A stretch of DNA of 63,320 bases, filler included, from Octopus bimaculoides (lineage: Eukaryota): the NCBI RefSeq assembly GCF_001194135.2. It is 7 parts of 6 records of this genome, joined end to end, with 100 filler letters (N's around TTAATTAATTAA, not from the genome) between each part and the next. Parts side by side here need not be neighbours in the genome. Positions count along the whole stretch, not along the records: positions 1 to 10,946 come from NC_068983.1; positions 11,047 to 19,543 come from NC_069005.1; 5 more parts are not named here. One strand, 5' to 3'. This document shows, one piece after another, positions 1 through 12,769 of the stretch. The position numbers and the translations under genes are program-made. Each line of letters begins with the position of its first letter. Position 1 is the first letter of the stretch. Under the pieces are notes generated by a model. The model saw only the letters and a program-made list of their open reading frames with translations, ran no database searches and had not been told where the DNA came from.

Positions 1-930
1 ATATATATATATATATATATATATACTATAGACTTCTTTCAGTTTCCATATCTAGCAGATCAACTCACAAGGCCTTGGTCAACCTGGGGCTGCAGTAGAA
101 GACACCAGCTCAGGGTGCCACGTAGTGGGACTGAAGCCAAAACCACATGGCTACACAGTGAGCTTCTCAACCACACAACCACGTCTGCGCCAACGTGTTG
201 TCCGTCTTTTTTCTATGATTTTACATTGCTTTGGTTCTGGTTCCTGTTGCTGGTTCATTCCTTGTCTCTATTGCAGTAGTTGTAGCTGTTATTTCTGTTG
301 CTGTTTATGAAATACAGTCGATCAACAAGAGCAACAACAACAACAACAACAACAATAGTCCTCAACAAACAAGCTTCCAGATAACAAATGTCATTTAATG
401 TTATAAGCAGAACAATTGCGAACATTGATGAGCGTATCTGTTGGCTGGTGGTGGTGGCGGTGGCGGTGGTGGTGGTGAGATTTGTTGTCCTACATTTTCA
501 ATACTATCAACACCATCCACAGTAGCATGTCAAATAGTTAAATTCACCTCTGATGTCAACCATCTGTGTGTGTGTGTCTAGCTGTGTATGTCTTTCTGTT
601 ACACTCTATGTATGTATATATATNNNNNNNNNNNNNNNNNNNNNNNNNNNNNNNNNNNNNNNNNNNNNNNNNNNNNNNNNNNNNNNNNNNNNNNNNNNNN
701 NNNNNNNNNNNNNNNNNNNNNNNNNNNNNNNNNNNNNNNNNNNNNNNNNNNNNNNNNNNNNNNNNNNNNNNNNNNNNNNNNNNNNNNNNNNNNNNNNNNN
801 NNNNNNNNNNNNNNNNNNNNNNNNNNNNNNNNNNNNNNNNNNNNNNNNNNNNNNNNNNNNNNNNNNNNNNNNNNNNNNNNNNNNNNNNNNNNNNNNNNNN
901 NNNNNNNNNNNNNNNNNNNNNNNNNNNNNN

Positions 931-980
<50 letters not shown>

Positions 981-1410
981 CGCGCGCGTGTGTGTGTGTG
1001 TGTGTATAGATAGATATGTACACGTTTTAATATAAAGATACACATACATGCATTTATACACGTATGCGTGTGTATGTTTGTGTTTGTGTTTTGCGTGTGT
1101 GTGCTTGTGTGTCTGTGAGCGTGTGTGTGCGTGATCGCGCGCACATTTGCGTACATAAACGGAACGCTGTTCCATTTTCTCTGTGTCTGTCTGTCTTTCG
1201 TCAAAAGTTTGTTTCGCCCTTCATTGTGTCATTCGAGACTGATGACCCAACAACATACATACATAGCCGGGTGAATGGGTTTTATAAAACACAGCGGTCC
1301 TGGTGTATTGCTGAGATAAGACAAGGAACGTAAAGTGATGCTGTAGCAGCAGTTGTTGCTGGTGTTGTTGTTGTTGTTGTGTGTGTGTATTTGTATCGGG
1401 GATATGTGTG

Positions 1411-1644
1411 TTATTTCTTTACTGCCCACAAGGGGCTACACACAGAGGGGACAAACAAAGACAGACAAACAGATTAAGTCGATTATATCGACTCCAGTGC
1501 GTAACTGGTACTTATTTAATCGACCCCGAAAGGATGAATGGCAAAGTCGACCTCGGCGGAATTTGAACTCAGAACGTAGCGGCAGACGAAATACCGCTAA
1601 GCATTTCGTCCGGCGTGCTAACGTTTCTGCCAGCTCGCCGCCTA
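1411..1644 (-). mobile_element. tRNA-derived SINE, family B
   Basis: Reverse complement of TAAGGCGGCGAGCTGGCAGAAACGTTAGCAC...GAGTTCAAATTCCGCCGAGGTCGAC, with a B-box-like GTTCAAAT; many homologous copies in the window. Confidence 0.85.
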
Positions 1645-1835
1645 TCGGGGATATGTGTGTGTAAGGCAGACCCGGAAGGAAAGACGTATTGTTGGTGATA
1701 TTGTTGACGTTGGAATTGCTAGCGTTGTAACTTGCTTATGACTGAAGCAGAGTGTGTGTGTAATTTATATGTGCATGTATGTATGAATGTACCTGTATGA
1801 ATGTACCTGTATGAATGTACCTGTATGTATGTATG

Positions 1836-2260
1836 TACTCTTTACTTGTTTCAGTCATTTGACTGCAGCCATGCTCGAGCACCACCTTTTAGTCGAGCGA
1901 ATCGATCCCAGGACTTATTCTTTTGGAAGCCTAGTACTTATTCTATCGGTCACTTTTGCCGAACCGCTAAGTTACGGCGACGTAAACACACCACCATCGG
2001 TTGTCAAGTGATGTTGGAGGGGGGGACAAACACAGACACACAAACATATATACACACGCACACACACACACACACACATATATACATATATATACGACGG
2101 GCTTCTTTCAGTTTCCGTCTACCAAATCCACTCACAAGGCTTTGGTCGGCTCGAGGCTATAGTGGAAGACACTTGCCCAAGGTGTCACACAGCGGGACTG
2201 AACCTAGAACCATGTGGTTGGTAAGCAAGCTACCTACCACACAGCCACTCCTACGCCATG
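1836..2260 (-). mobile_element. tRNA-derived SINE, family C (CORE-like central motif), near full length
   Basis: Head GGCGTAGGAGTGGCTGTGTGGTAGG...GGTTCAGTCCC followed by CCTTGGGCAAGTGTCTT (CORE-like). Partial copies at about 28-185, 4495-4600, 8575-8727, 29655-30000, 39762-39875, 40530-40581, 44436-44636 and 63122-63215. Confidence 0.85.
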
Positions 2261-2400
2261 TATCTNNNNNNNNNNNNNNNNNNNNNNNNNNNNNNNNNNN
2301 NNNNNNNNNNNNNNNNNNNNNNNNNNNNNNNNNNNNNNNNNNNNNNNNNNNNNNNNNNNNNNNNNNNNNNNNNNNNNNNNNNNNNNNNNNNNNNNNNNNN

Positions 2401-2472
2401 GAGCGAGGAGAGAGAGGGGGAGCGAGGAGAGAGAGGGGGAGCGAGGAGAGAGAGGGGGAGCGAGGAGAGAGA
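2401..2472 (+). repeat. 20-bp purine minisatellite (GAGCGAGGAGAGAGAGGGG)n
   Basis: About 3.5 visible units next to a gap. Confidence 0.8.
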
Positions 2473-3337
2473 GTCCATAAGAGAGAGTTCATAAATTATC
2501 TGTACAACTCCCATACTTTTAAGCCTCATATTGTAAAGGGACTTTATGGATACGTTGGATATATGCATGCACATAGCTGTATGAATATGTGTATGTATAT
2601 AAATGGAGAGGAAGAAAGTTAGAAAATAACATGGAGACTACTTTGTGGTCCTTTATTCCAACTGTTACGTATGTTTCATTATTCAGCAACATATGACGTC
2701 ACACTGTAGATGCTATCAGTAGATGTATCCTATAGGGCCAGCATGGTAAACAAAAACATGCCCATGTTCTTGTTACCTGTTATTCTTGTGGTCTCTCTTC
2801 TACGTCATATCCCCCTCTCAAATACGGATGAACAGTGCGTATAAGTGACAGTGAGGCTTCAACGCGATTAACACTAGAAATGAAACCCGAATGATTTCTT
2901 TGTCGCTCGTCTGTAAGTCGCAGACTTAAAGACGAGCGGTCAAAGAATCGAACTCCACAACCTTATGATCATGAATCTAACGCCCTAAACACTACACCAC
3001 GCTGATTTCTATAACAGCTAAGTTAGTGAAATCAGCGAATTAATAAAAGGCTATAAGAACAAACTCGTTTCTATACGCCCACATGAAATGCGTGTGTTAG
3101 CATTAGTTTATAAACCTGTTAATCAATATATTTCTGGATATCCTTGTTTATTCAGAACGATTGGTAATTGTTAGAGTTATTTCTAAATAATAATAATCCT
3201 TAAAAACCAAAATACAGAATCACTAAATGATTGCACAAACATTCAAAACAAATGTTACAAATATATATATAACCACACACGCACACACACACATACACGC
3301 ACACATACACACACATCTCTCTCTTTTCTCTCTCTCT

Positions 3338-3421
<84 letters not shown>

Positions 3422-4756
3422 GTATATATACATACATATATATATATACATACAGAAACATATATATGTATGTGGGTGCGTGTGCGAGTGTGTGTGTGTG
3501 TGTGTGTGCGTGTGTGTGTGTCTGTGCCAGTGTCTGTATGTAAATATATCACTCAACTAAAAGTCAGAATATCATGTGATCCATTCACTTCCCGTTGATG
3601 TTTTTTTAAAACTTTTTATTTTATATATATTTACTCAGCATTCCATTCGCTACAAAATCTCTGGCACCAGTTTTTGCTTCATATTCTCTGATGCGAATCA
3701 ATGACTCGGCAATACCTTATATAGCATCTTTCGAACCATTGTGCATCAAATATATTTAACATGTTAGCTACCGTTTGCAATAACATCCTACATTTGTTTG
3801 TTTCTATTCATTACCGTTTCAAATTACCTCTGCTATTTCTATACTCTAGAGCCTTTTCTAGTTTAGAACTAAAAATTATCTAAGTTTTCTACGCAATAGT
3901 AATGAAATAGTAATGAAAGCTATTCTTTTATAATTTGTTATTATGTAACTTTTGCTGAAATAAAATATTAAAGTTTCCACTGTCTAGAAAATTCTTATGA
4001 TTTCCAATTATAATATACTCTTTTTATCGAAATGTGTTTGTTAATTTTCTTTTATTATTCGAGCTTTCACCTACACGTTAATCAGAAAACAATCCTATTC
4101 ACTGTAACATGCGTTTTTTAACGTCTTTTGTATCCTTTTTCTACTGTTCCCAAGCAAAGCTCTCTTTCTTTTTCTCTCTCTCTCCTTTTTTCTCCTTCTC
4201 TCTCTTCTCTCCCCTCTCTCTGTCCTTTTTCTTGTCTCTCGCTTTCCATCTCTTCTTTGTTTACATATTTCTAATCGTTTAACGTCGTCTGTGCCCCACA
4301 TGTATCTATTTACGATGGGCAGCTTTTGTGAAATAAGATTCCTAAAGAAGTATTCTAGTAAATATCTCGGCGTCATCAGTAGATTGCTTCTTAATACAGT
4401 AATGAGAAAAATTTCGTAAGAAACTTTCTACTTTCAGTTTTAGTTCTTATCCATTTTTCCTTTCAGTTTAATGTGAAATTGTTTTCGTATATATAACATA
4501 GTTCAGTCCCACTACGTGGAAACTTGGGCAAGTGTCTTCTAGCATAGCTTCAGCCTTGTGAGTGGATTTCGTAGATGGAAACTGAAAGAAGCATGTCATA
4601 TATATGCGTGCGTGCGTGTGTGTCTATGTCTGTGCTTGAATAGATTTGATCTGCAGCCTTGTTGAGTAATTTACTGAGCGTTTAGCAGGGGTTAAGGAGA
4701 AGATACCTATGAAAATCCGGAGCGAGAGGCCATCAGGAAAATATATGTACGGTTAA

Positions 4757-5030
4757 CATGTGATCACGTGATCGATCAGACTAACGGATGCTGTTAGACA
4801 TTGCTGCTCACTATGCGCTTTGCATCGGTTTACCTTTCAAATGATGCCATCCCGCTGGTTAGGCGAGCAGACCAACATTCTCCTTGATCGGAAAACTAGT
4901 TCATCGCAGGGGTATTCATTTACAGTTGAGTGGACTGGGGCAACGTGAAATGGAGTGTTTTGCTCAAGAGCACAACGCGCGGCCAGTCTGGGAATCGAAA
5001 GCACGATCTCAGGATCGTGAGTGCATCTTT
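4757..5030 (-). mobile_element. tRNA-derived SINE, family D-like
   Basis: Shares GAGCAACGTGAAAT..GTGT.TTGCTCAAGA.CACAAC...GGGA.TCGAA with 44023-44335 and 20815-20905. Confidence 0.6.
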
Positions 5031-6833
5031 GCATGTGCGACTATACTCAACCAATATTTGGCATCCGCTGCAGCTCCATGGGTGCTGCGAACGAATTGAT
5101 TTGTCTTTCATGGGTAGAGAAGGGGTTAATGTACTTAGGGGTTAGGCATTCGCTTCTGGAAACAGCCCAGGCACAGTAGGGAGGTTAGGTTACTGTCTCT
5201 GCAATACTGTTGACCAACAATGAAAATGACCAACCGTGGATCTGCTTAATGAAGGCTAACCGGGGATGGAAGTGGAGCTATACAGCAACAGTAACATCAA
5301 GAATAATCAATACTTGTAATCAATCAGAAGGTTCGAAAGACCGATCCCCTTGTCGTAAAGACCAGTTTTCATTTCATTTGTCTGAAAAATGCACTGATCA
5401 CGTGATCAAGATAATATTTACTCAAAGAATAGTCAGACTGAAGATTAGGAAAATTCGATCAAAACTATGAATCACGACATTCTTCTAAATTACAATTTCT
5501 ACCGGTTTTTTTTTGTTTTTAATTAGTTTTTCTCGTTTTTTTTTGTTTTTTGTTTTGGTGGGGAGGTTGGAGAGAGAGTTGTAATGAGGTTATTTGTGGC
5601 TGTAGTTTGTGCATCTAATGTTTTAAATGCATCGCAAGCGCATTCTCCTACTTCCGGCCTGGTCAGTCTCTGTGTAATTGGTAAATAGATATACAGAGAG
5701 AGAGAAACAGGCAGAGAAAGACAGAGTGGCAGAGAGAGGGGGGAGAGGGAAAGAAAGAAAGAAAAAGCAGGGAAAGAGAGATAGAGAGNNNNNNNNNNNN
5801 NNNNNNNNNNNNNNNNNNNNNNNNNNNNNNNNNNNNNNNNNNNNNNNNNNNNNNNNNNNNNNNNNNNNNNNNNNNNNNNNNNNNNNNNCAGGCAGACATA
5901 CCTATTGTAAGCTATAATTAATACGAAAAGAAGAAATGAAATTTCTGAATAGATGACTGATCATAACATCATTGTTGCTGCTGCTGCTGTTGTTGTTGTT
6001 GTTGTTGATTATATGATGATGTTGCTGTTGTTGTTGTCGGTGGAGGTGGTGGTAGAGGGGAAGGGGGTGGGGATGCGGGTGGAGATGGAGGTGGAGATAG
6101 GATGATCGTCGTCGTCGTCGTCACCGCTGTCGTCGTAGTGTTGTTGCAGCTATTGTTGTTTATGATGATGATAATCGTGGTGATGACGGATGATTTTTAA
6201 AATATCACTATTTGATTTGACTTCATTATTACAACTTAAACGACTCGATGTCCAGACTCCACACACACATATATATAAAAAAAATATTAAAAAAGAATGC
6301 TTTGAGAAATTTATCATGGATAAAATAAAGTATTTACATTTTTATGAAAAATATGCGACCGGTTTCAATTGTCTGGAAAGTTGATTTAGTCATACTGAAA
6401 TAAAATAAAAAATAATTTGAATTAAATTACATTAAACTAATCTTTTACACTATCAATTCTGGAAGTTCACATAGTTTACGTAATTTTTGCAGTAAAAATA
6501 TATGAACTACCAGAACTGATATCATGAACGATAATTCAATCTAATTTAATATATTTTAGTTTATTTTCCATTTTATTTCAGCGTGACTAAAACGTCTTTC
6601 TAAGCTTTGATATAGTGCTTTTTACACCTGGCTTCTTCAACGTTTTTCTGTCTCTCATTTACACCACAGCGCTTCAGTGCGTTTATTTATCAATCCCTTC
6701 TATTTTTCTCTTCTTTATACTTCTTTAATCATTCTAAGATCTACAGTAACGGCAAGAGCTTTGCTTCACTGATTTTTATTATAGCATGTTTGTATATATG
6801 TGCCTCTCTATGTAAGCTTGTATACGTGTGCGC

Positions 6834-6870
<37 letters not shown>

Positions 6871-6988
6871 AGAGAAAACAACCAAAATTCATGAACTCAT
6901 CCATGACAATCCACAGTTACATATAGAAAAAATTAGTAAGTAAATACACGATAAATAAGTATAATAAAATACAAAGTAAAAATCATAA

Positions 6989-7032
<44 letters not shown>

Positions 7033-7441
7033 NNNNNNNNNNNNNNNNNNNNNNNNNNNNNNNNNNNNNNNNNNNNNNNNNNNNNNNNNNNNNNNNNNNN
7101 NNNNNNNNNNNNNNNNNNNNNNNNNNNNNNNNNNNNNNNNNNNNNNNNNNNNNNNNNNNNNNNNNNNNNNNNNNNNNNNNNNNNNNNNNNNNNNNNNNNN
7201 NNNNNNNNNNNNNNNNNNNNNNNNNNNNNNNNNNNNNNNNNNNNNNNNNNNNNNNNNNNNNNNNNNNNNNNNNNNNNNNNNNNNNNNNNNNNNNNNNNNN
7301 NNNNNNNNNNNNNNNNNNNNNNNNNNNNNNNNNNNNNNNNNNNNNNNNNNNNNNNNNNNNNNNNNNNNNNNNNNNNNNNNNNNNNNNNNNNNNNNNNNNN
7401 NNNNNNNNNNNNNNNNNNNNNNNNNNNNNNNNNNNNNNNNN

Positions 7442-7474
<33 letters not shown>

Positions 7475-7907
7475 TTATGTATATATGTATGCATGCATTA
7501 TGCACGTATGTCTACATACAAACACAGAAACATTCACACACACGCACGCACACACACACATACACAAACACACAGCCACACACACACACACACACACACA
7601 TGCACACACATAAATATATATCTGTGCGTGGTCTATGGCAGTTGTTTCTAGTAGACACTAGAACTACAATTTGAGAATTCGGGTTGATTTATGGTGACAT
7701 TTCATGGCTGTTCAGATGACAATCCAGAAACATTATATACGATCGGTCATATACTCTAGAAATCAATACATACTCATGTTAGCCAGCATTTAATGCTTTA
7801 CCTATTAAAGACACTTAACCTTACACTTGCTACCGTATTTTCCAGCGAACAAGCCAATGTAGTATGTTGCGTAAACATTACTGTAAACGTTCAAGCATGG
7901 TCACTTG

Positions 7908-8062
7908 CAGTCGTAGCTGTGTAGTAAGAAGTTTGCTTCGCAACCACATAGTTCCGGGTTCAATCCTACTGCGTGCCACCTTGGGAATGTGTCTTCTGCT
8001 AAAACCTTGGGCCGGCCAAAGCCTTGTGAGTGGATCTTGTGAACGGAAACTGAAAGAAGCAC
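7908..8062 (+). mobile_element. Family C SINE head (5' part only)
   Basis: GTAGCTGTGTAGTAAG...CCGGGTTCAATCC...CCTTGGGAATGTGTCTTCTG...GGAAACTGAAAGAAGC matches the first half of family C; the normal tail is absent. Confidence 0.75.
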
Positions 8063-8155
8063 GTTGTTTGTCTTTTCAAAATGTAACTACATGTGGATCG
8101 TTGGTGATTTTTTTTCCTCCGTCTTCCTTTTCTTTTGGACTTTCCTCTGCCTTAT

Positions 8156-8190
8156 GTTTCTGAAGAAGAGCTTTACTCGAAACATAAAAC
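8156..8190 (+). ncRNA. Minimal type I hammerhead ribozyme motif (Penelope-like pLTR type), probably degenerate
   Basis: GTTT-CTGAAGA-A-GAG(CTTTA)CTC-GAAA-C-ATA-AAAC. Stem I is GTTT/AAAC, stem II is GAG/CTC, and the core is CUGAAGA...GAAA...UA. Stem III is minimal and reads ACAT instead of the palindromic ACGT. Confidence 0.6.
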
Positions 8191-9299
8191 TACCTTCCTT
8201 TCCTTCCCTGAACGTCTTTTAATACTTTACATGTACCACGTTCTCACGTTCTTGCTCTTATATATANNNNNNNNNNNNNNNNNNNNNNNNNNNNNNNNNN
8301 NNNNNNNNNNNNNNNNNNNNNNNNNNNNNNNNNNNNNNNNNNNNNNNNNNNNNNNNNNNNNNNNNNNNNNNNNNNNNNNNNNNNNNNNNNNNNNNNNNNN
8401 NNNNNNNNNNNNNNNNNNNNNNNNNNNNNNNNNNNNNNNNNNNNNNNNNNNNNNNNNNNNNNNNNNNNNNNNNNNNNNNNNNNNNNNNNNNNNNNNNNNN
8501 NNNNNNNNNNNNNNNNNNNNNNNNNNNNNNNNNNNNNNNNNNNATATATATATGTATATATGCGCGCGCGCGCGTGTGAGTGTGTTTGTCCCCCCAACAT
8601 CGCTTGGTATGTTTACCTACATCGATGTTGGTATGTTCACATCCATGTAACTTAGCGGTTTGGCAAACGAGACCGATAGAATAAATACTAGGCCTACAAG
8701 GAATAAGTCTTGTGGTCGATTTGTTCGAGGTCAACTTTGCTTTTCATCCTTTCGGGGTCGATAAATTAAGTACCAGTTACGTACTGGGGTCGATCTAATC
8801 GACCGGCCCCTTTCCCAAAAGTTTTGGGCCTTGTGCCTAGAGTAGAAAAAAAACTGAATTGACAGATTTTAATTTCGTTATAAAAGCCTGTTTTCAAACT
8901 GATGGCCATTCTGATCCAGGCACTGCTGGTAACGCGAAGCAATAGACGCACAAACGTGAAAGAATATTCCTTTTGGGATTTGTGCGCATGCTCGTTCAAT
9001 GGCTGCCCACAATTCATTGACTGTTACACTTTCGTACGGTAAAGTTTATCTTTTAAGTATCCCCTATAGAAAGCCTAGTTGTGTGAGGTCCGGTGAAAGC
9101 CACCTGCTTAGCAAAATCTCCGTTTTAGGAAAATCTCATCAAGGCAGTCCATTTCAAAAACAATCCAAATTGTTCATCCTCGTCGACGCCTAGAGTTTCT
9201 CCGAGAATATCATCTCTCTTATCCACCACTAGATTTCACTGCTCTAATCACTGGGCCATTGCGACTCCACAATTCTTCTAATAATACATTTTAGCAAAA

Positions 9300-9540
9300 T
9301 CTCATCAAGGCAGTCCATTTCACTACTGTGGTAGTAACGGGGTGCCCTGTCTTGCTGGAAATATTCCCAAAGACATCTTGAATGTTTGATAAGACAAACT
9401 GCCACAGTAAGTTCAAGTAAATGGGACCAGTCACAGTACCGTCAAGATAGAATGGTCCAATTAACTCATTTGATTGATAAACCTCACCGTATTGTAGATC
9501 CTGCTAAATTAACATGATGTTTTGCCTTCAAATGCAGATT
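9300..9540 (-). mobile_element. Tc1/mariner transposase relic (DD41D/rosa-like)
   Basis: Minus-strand translation [26 protein letters not shown]...then, after a frameshift, FQQDRAP matches the IGPYFF.GTVT...FQQDGAP motif. Confidence 0.65.
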
Positions 9541-9725
9541 CCAGAGCCTCTGTGGGTGCATTTTATTTAAATGTAGCCTTATACGTAATTTGAAACATTA
9601 ATTGTAAAATTTCAAGTAATTTTAATGAATCGACTCGATTTAAAAAAAATTATTGTTAGCAAATTATTTTCAATTTTACTTTTATGTTATTCAAACAAAA
9701 ATAAAATTTTGCGATATCTTACAGT

Positions 9726-10024
9726 CAGTGGCGGACTGGCCAGGTTGCCAGCTTACCCGATGGCAAGTGAGCCCCTACGCCATTAGAATCCATATATGGG
9801 GGCCCATGTTAGTATCTAAGGGGCCCATTCCCTCAAGTTTGAGAATTTTTTATTCACTCCTGGAAGAATGCATTATTTCAGCCTGGCTGTCTTTGTAGAC
9901 AGTTGAATACGTTTAACAACAAAAAAAAAAAAAAGAAAAAAAAAATTAAACGATAGCACTGTAGTTGCGGGTGGGTCCCCTTAGTCTCCTGGCAACCATT
10001 AATTTTAGACGCAGTCCGCCACTG
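9726..10024. mobile_element. hAT-type MITE with intact ends
   Basis: 13-bp TIRs CAGTGGCGGACTG/CAGTCCGCCACTG and a perfect 8-bp TSD CTTACAGT at 9718-9725 and 10025-10032. Confidence 0.9.
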
Positions 10025-10465
10025 CTTACAGTAATTCTTCATATCTTGTTAGTTTCTTAAGTCTTGAAATCGAAATTCTCCATTCGATTTCACAACATTT
10101 TTTGCTTAATTTGTCAAATATTATTAACGTTTTTTTTTCCTTTTGCATCTGTGTTTACATTGCCAATCAGACATTTTAGAGAAATATTTACATTTAACAT
10201 GATACCCTTCTCTTTAACATTAGTCTTAATAAAATTGTTATCTTAATAACTTAACGTTTTAATGAGTTTTCTATATTTTTCTTGTATATGTTTGTAGATA
10301 ATTAATTTATTTTTGATTAGATTTTAATTAAAATATGTGTAGCATTTCATTATATAATTATTCAAGTCATTAATGGAAAATTTACATTTGGCAAAGCTTT
10401 CTTTTATTTGTGCTTCGTTATTATCTCTTTATTTGTTATTATTGATTATATTCTCGCGTCTACAT

Positions 10466-10647
10466 AGAGTGAGAGAAAGTTGTGATGAAAGAGTACGTCA
10501 GAATTCGCCACCATCCCCTGCCGGAGCCTCGTGGCTCTTTAGGTGTTTTCGCTCAATAAACACTCACAACGCCCGGTCTGGGAATGGGAACCGCGATAAT
10601 ACGACCGTGAGTTCACTGCCCTAACCACTGGGCCATTGCGCCTCCAC
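10466..10647 (-). mobile_element. tRNA-derived SINE, family A (5' part)
   Basis: Matches the GTGGAGGCGCAATGGCCCAGTGGTTAGGGCAG head of the full-length copies at 45545 and 51892. Confidence 0.85.
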
Positions 10648-10787
10648 AATTCTAATAATTAGAATTTGTATATAAAAATACATCATTGTCACACATTATT
10701 GTCGAACTAAGGGTCATCCAACTGCAGAGAGAGCAGCCACAGCTTCCTCAAATAACATTTAACTAGTTAGAAATATTATTTATTTAT

Positions 10788-10946
10788 TAAGGCGGCGAGC
10801 GTCAGAACCATTAGCACTCCGGTACTTTGCCTTTCATCCTTTCGGGGTCGATTAAATAAGTACCAGTTACGCACTGGGGTCGATATAATCGACTTAATCC
10901 ATTTGTCTGTCCTTGTTTGTCCCCTCTGTGTGTAGCCCCTTGTGGG
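10788..10946 (+). mobile_element. Family B SINE (internally deleted)
   Basis: TAAGGCGGCGAGC head and GTCCTTGTTTGTCCCCTCTGTG tail, as in other family B copies. Confidence 0.8.
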
Positions 10947-11046
10947 NNNNNNNNNNNNNNNNNNNNNNNNNNNNNNNNNNNNNNNNNNNNTTAATTAATT
11001 AANNNNNNNNNNNNNNNNNNNNNNNNNNNNNNNNNNNNNNNNNNNN
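10947..11046. other. Artificial scaffold spacer (44 N + TTAATTAATTAA + 44 N)
   Basis: Exactly 100 nt; the central 12-mer gives stops in all six frames. Identical spacers lie at 19544-19643, 33258-33357, 44336-44435, 53086-53185 and 61440-61539. Confidence 0.95.
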
Positions 11047-11872
11047 CACTACTGTTCATAGTGGCCCTTCTGGACATGCCCACGGTCACTCGAAGAGCCA
11101 CTGTCACTAGCTACGCTGATGACACAAAACTATCTCAGGCAATAAAGAATCCTGATGATATTGTAAGCCTGCAGAATGACCTAAATGCAATATACAAGTG
11201 GGCAGAGCAAAATAATATGCAGTTCAATGCAAAAAAATTTCAAGTACTGCGCTAAAAGGCCACAAGTGCCTCCCAAATGGCATACACAGGACCTGGAGGT
11301 ACTGCAATCCCAGAACCAAAAACAGTAAGAGACCTGAGCATCAACATGTGTAGTGATGCATCATTTCACATGCACATTGTCAAGTTGACAGCAAAGTACA
11401 GACAACTGGCAGGGTGGATACTGAGGACATTCCGAACAAGGGATCAAAAAGTCATGTTGACTCTATGGAAGACATTTGTTCTGAGCCGCCTAGACTATTG
11501 CTCTCAGTTGTGGTCACCACACAGTGTCAAGCGGACAGCAGAACTCGAGGCAATTCAGCGTCACTCTATAAAAAAGATCGCCACAGTCCAACAGATGAAC
11601 TACAGAGAGCGACTGAAGGCACTAGGTCTCTACTCCCTAGAGCGCAGGCGGGAGAGATATGTAATAATATACATATGGAAAATACTGGAAGGACTGGTGC
11701 CAAACTTTGGCACCAAGTACTACAAGAATGCCCGCACAGGTCGCTACTGCATGGTACCAAAGGTGCCGTCCACTGCATCTCACATAAGAACGAGATACTG
11801 CAACAGCCTCGGTTTCAGAGGACCTCGGCTCTTTAATGCCCTGCCAAAACATTTGAGAGACCTGCAAGACAN
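11047..11872 (+). mobile_element. LINE reverse transcriptase C-terminal fragment (CR1/L2-like)
   Basis: YADDTKL catalytic motif, LQNDLNAIYKWAEQNNMQFN, SRLDYCSQLWSP and LYSLERRRERY. The two ORFs share a frame and are separated by one TAA at 11253-11255. Both ends are truncated by gaps. Confidence 0.9.
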
Positions 11873-12769
11873 NNNNNNNNNNNNNNNNNNNNNNNNNNNN
11901 NNNNNNNNNNNNNNNNNNNNNNNNNNNNNNNNNNNNNNNNNNNNNNNNNNNNNNNNNNNNNNNNNNNNNNNNNNNNNNNNNNNNNNNNNNNNNNNNNNNN
12001 NNNNNNNNNNNNNNNNNNNNNNNNNNNNNNNNNNNNNNNNNNNNNNNNNNNNNNNNNNNNNNNNNNNNNNNNNNNNNNNNNNNNNNNNNNNNNNNNNNNN
12101 NNNNNNNNNNNNNNNNNNNNNNNNNNNNNNNNNNNNNNNNNNNNNNNNNNNNNNNNNNNNNNNNNNNNNNNNNNNNNNNNNNNNNNNNNNNNNNNNNNNN
12201 NNNNNNNNNNNNNNNNNNNNNNNNNNNNNNNNNNNNNNNNNNNNNNNNNNNNNNNNNNNNNNNNNNNNNNNNNNNNNNNNNNNNNNNNNNNNNNNNNNNN
12301 NNNNNNNNNNNNNNNNNNNNNNNNNNNNNNNNNNNNNNNNNNNNNNNNNNNNNNNNNNNNNNNNNNNNNNNNNNNNNNNNNNNNNNNNNNNNNNNNNNNN
12401 NNNNNNNNNNNNNNNNNNNNNNNNNNNNNNNNNNNNNNNNNNNNNNNNNNNNNNNNNNNNNNNNNNNNNNNNNNNNNNNNNNNNNNNNNNNNNNNNNNNN
12501 NNNNNNNNNNNNNNNNNNNNNNNNNNNNNNNNNNNNNNNNNNNNNNNNNNNNTTTCTCTTACTTTCTTTTTTTCTTCCCTTAAGCATTTATACAACTTTC
12601 GGAGTGCCGTGGACTCCCTATAATTCTATAAGATATTTTTTGAATCACGGGTACTTGATTTTTTTCCTTAAAAGGGAAAATTGCTATTGTATTTAAAATA
12701 AAATATTAATCTTTATCATTTTAATCAAAAGGCAGAAAAACCGAGAGAGAGACTATCTTTTTGTAGACG

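Noticed and set aside
553-1204. Long ORFs in the track spanning N runs or rich in YI/HT/CV/SL dipeptides (many throughout the window)
   Set aside because: They are translations of microsatellites and gaps, with no coding signal.
10991-11002. Recurrent TTAATTAATTAA as a biological motif
   Set aside because: It is always centred in exactly 44+44 N, so it is a synthetic spacer.
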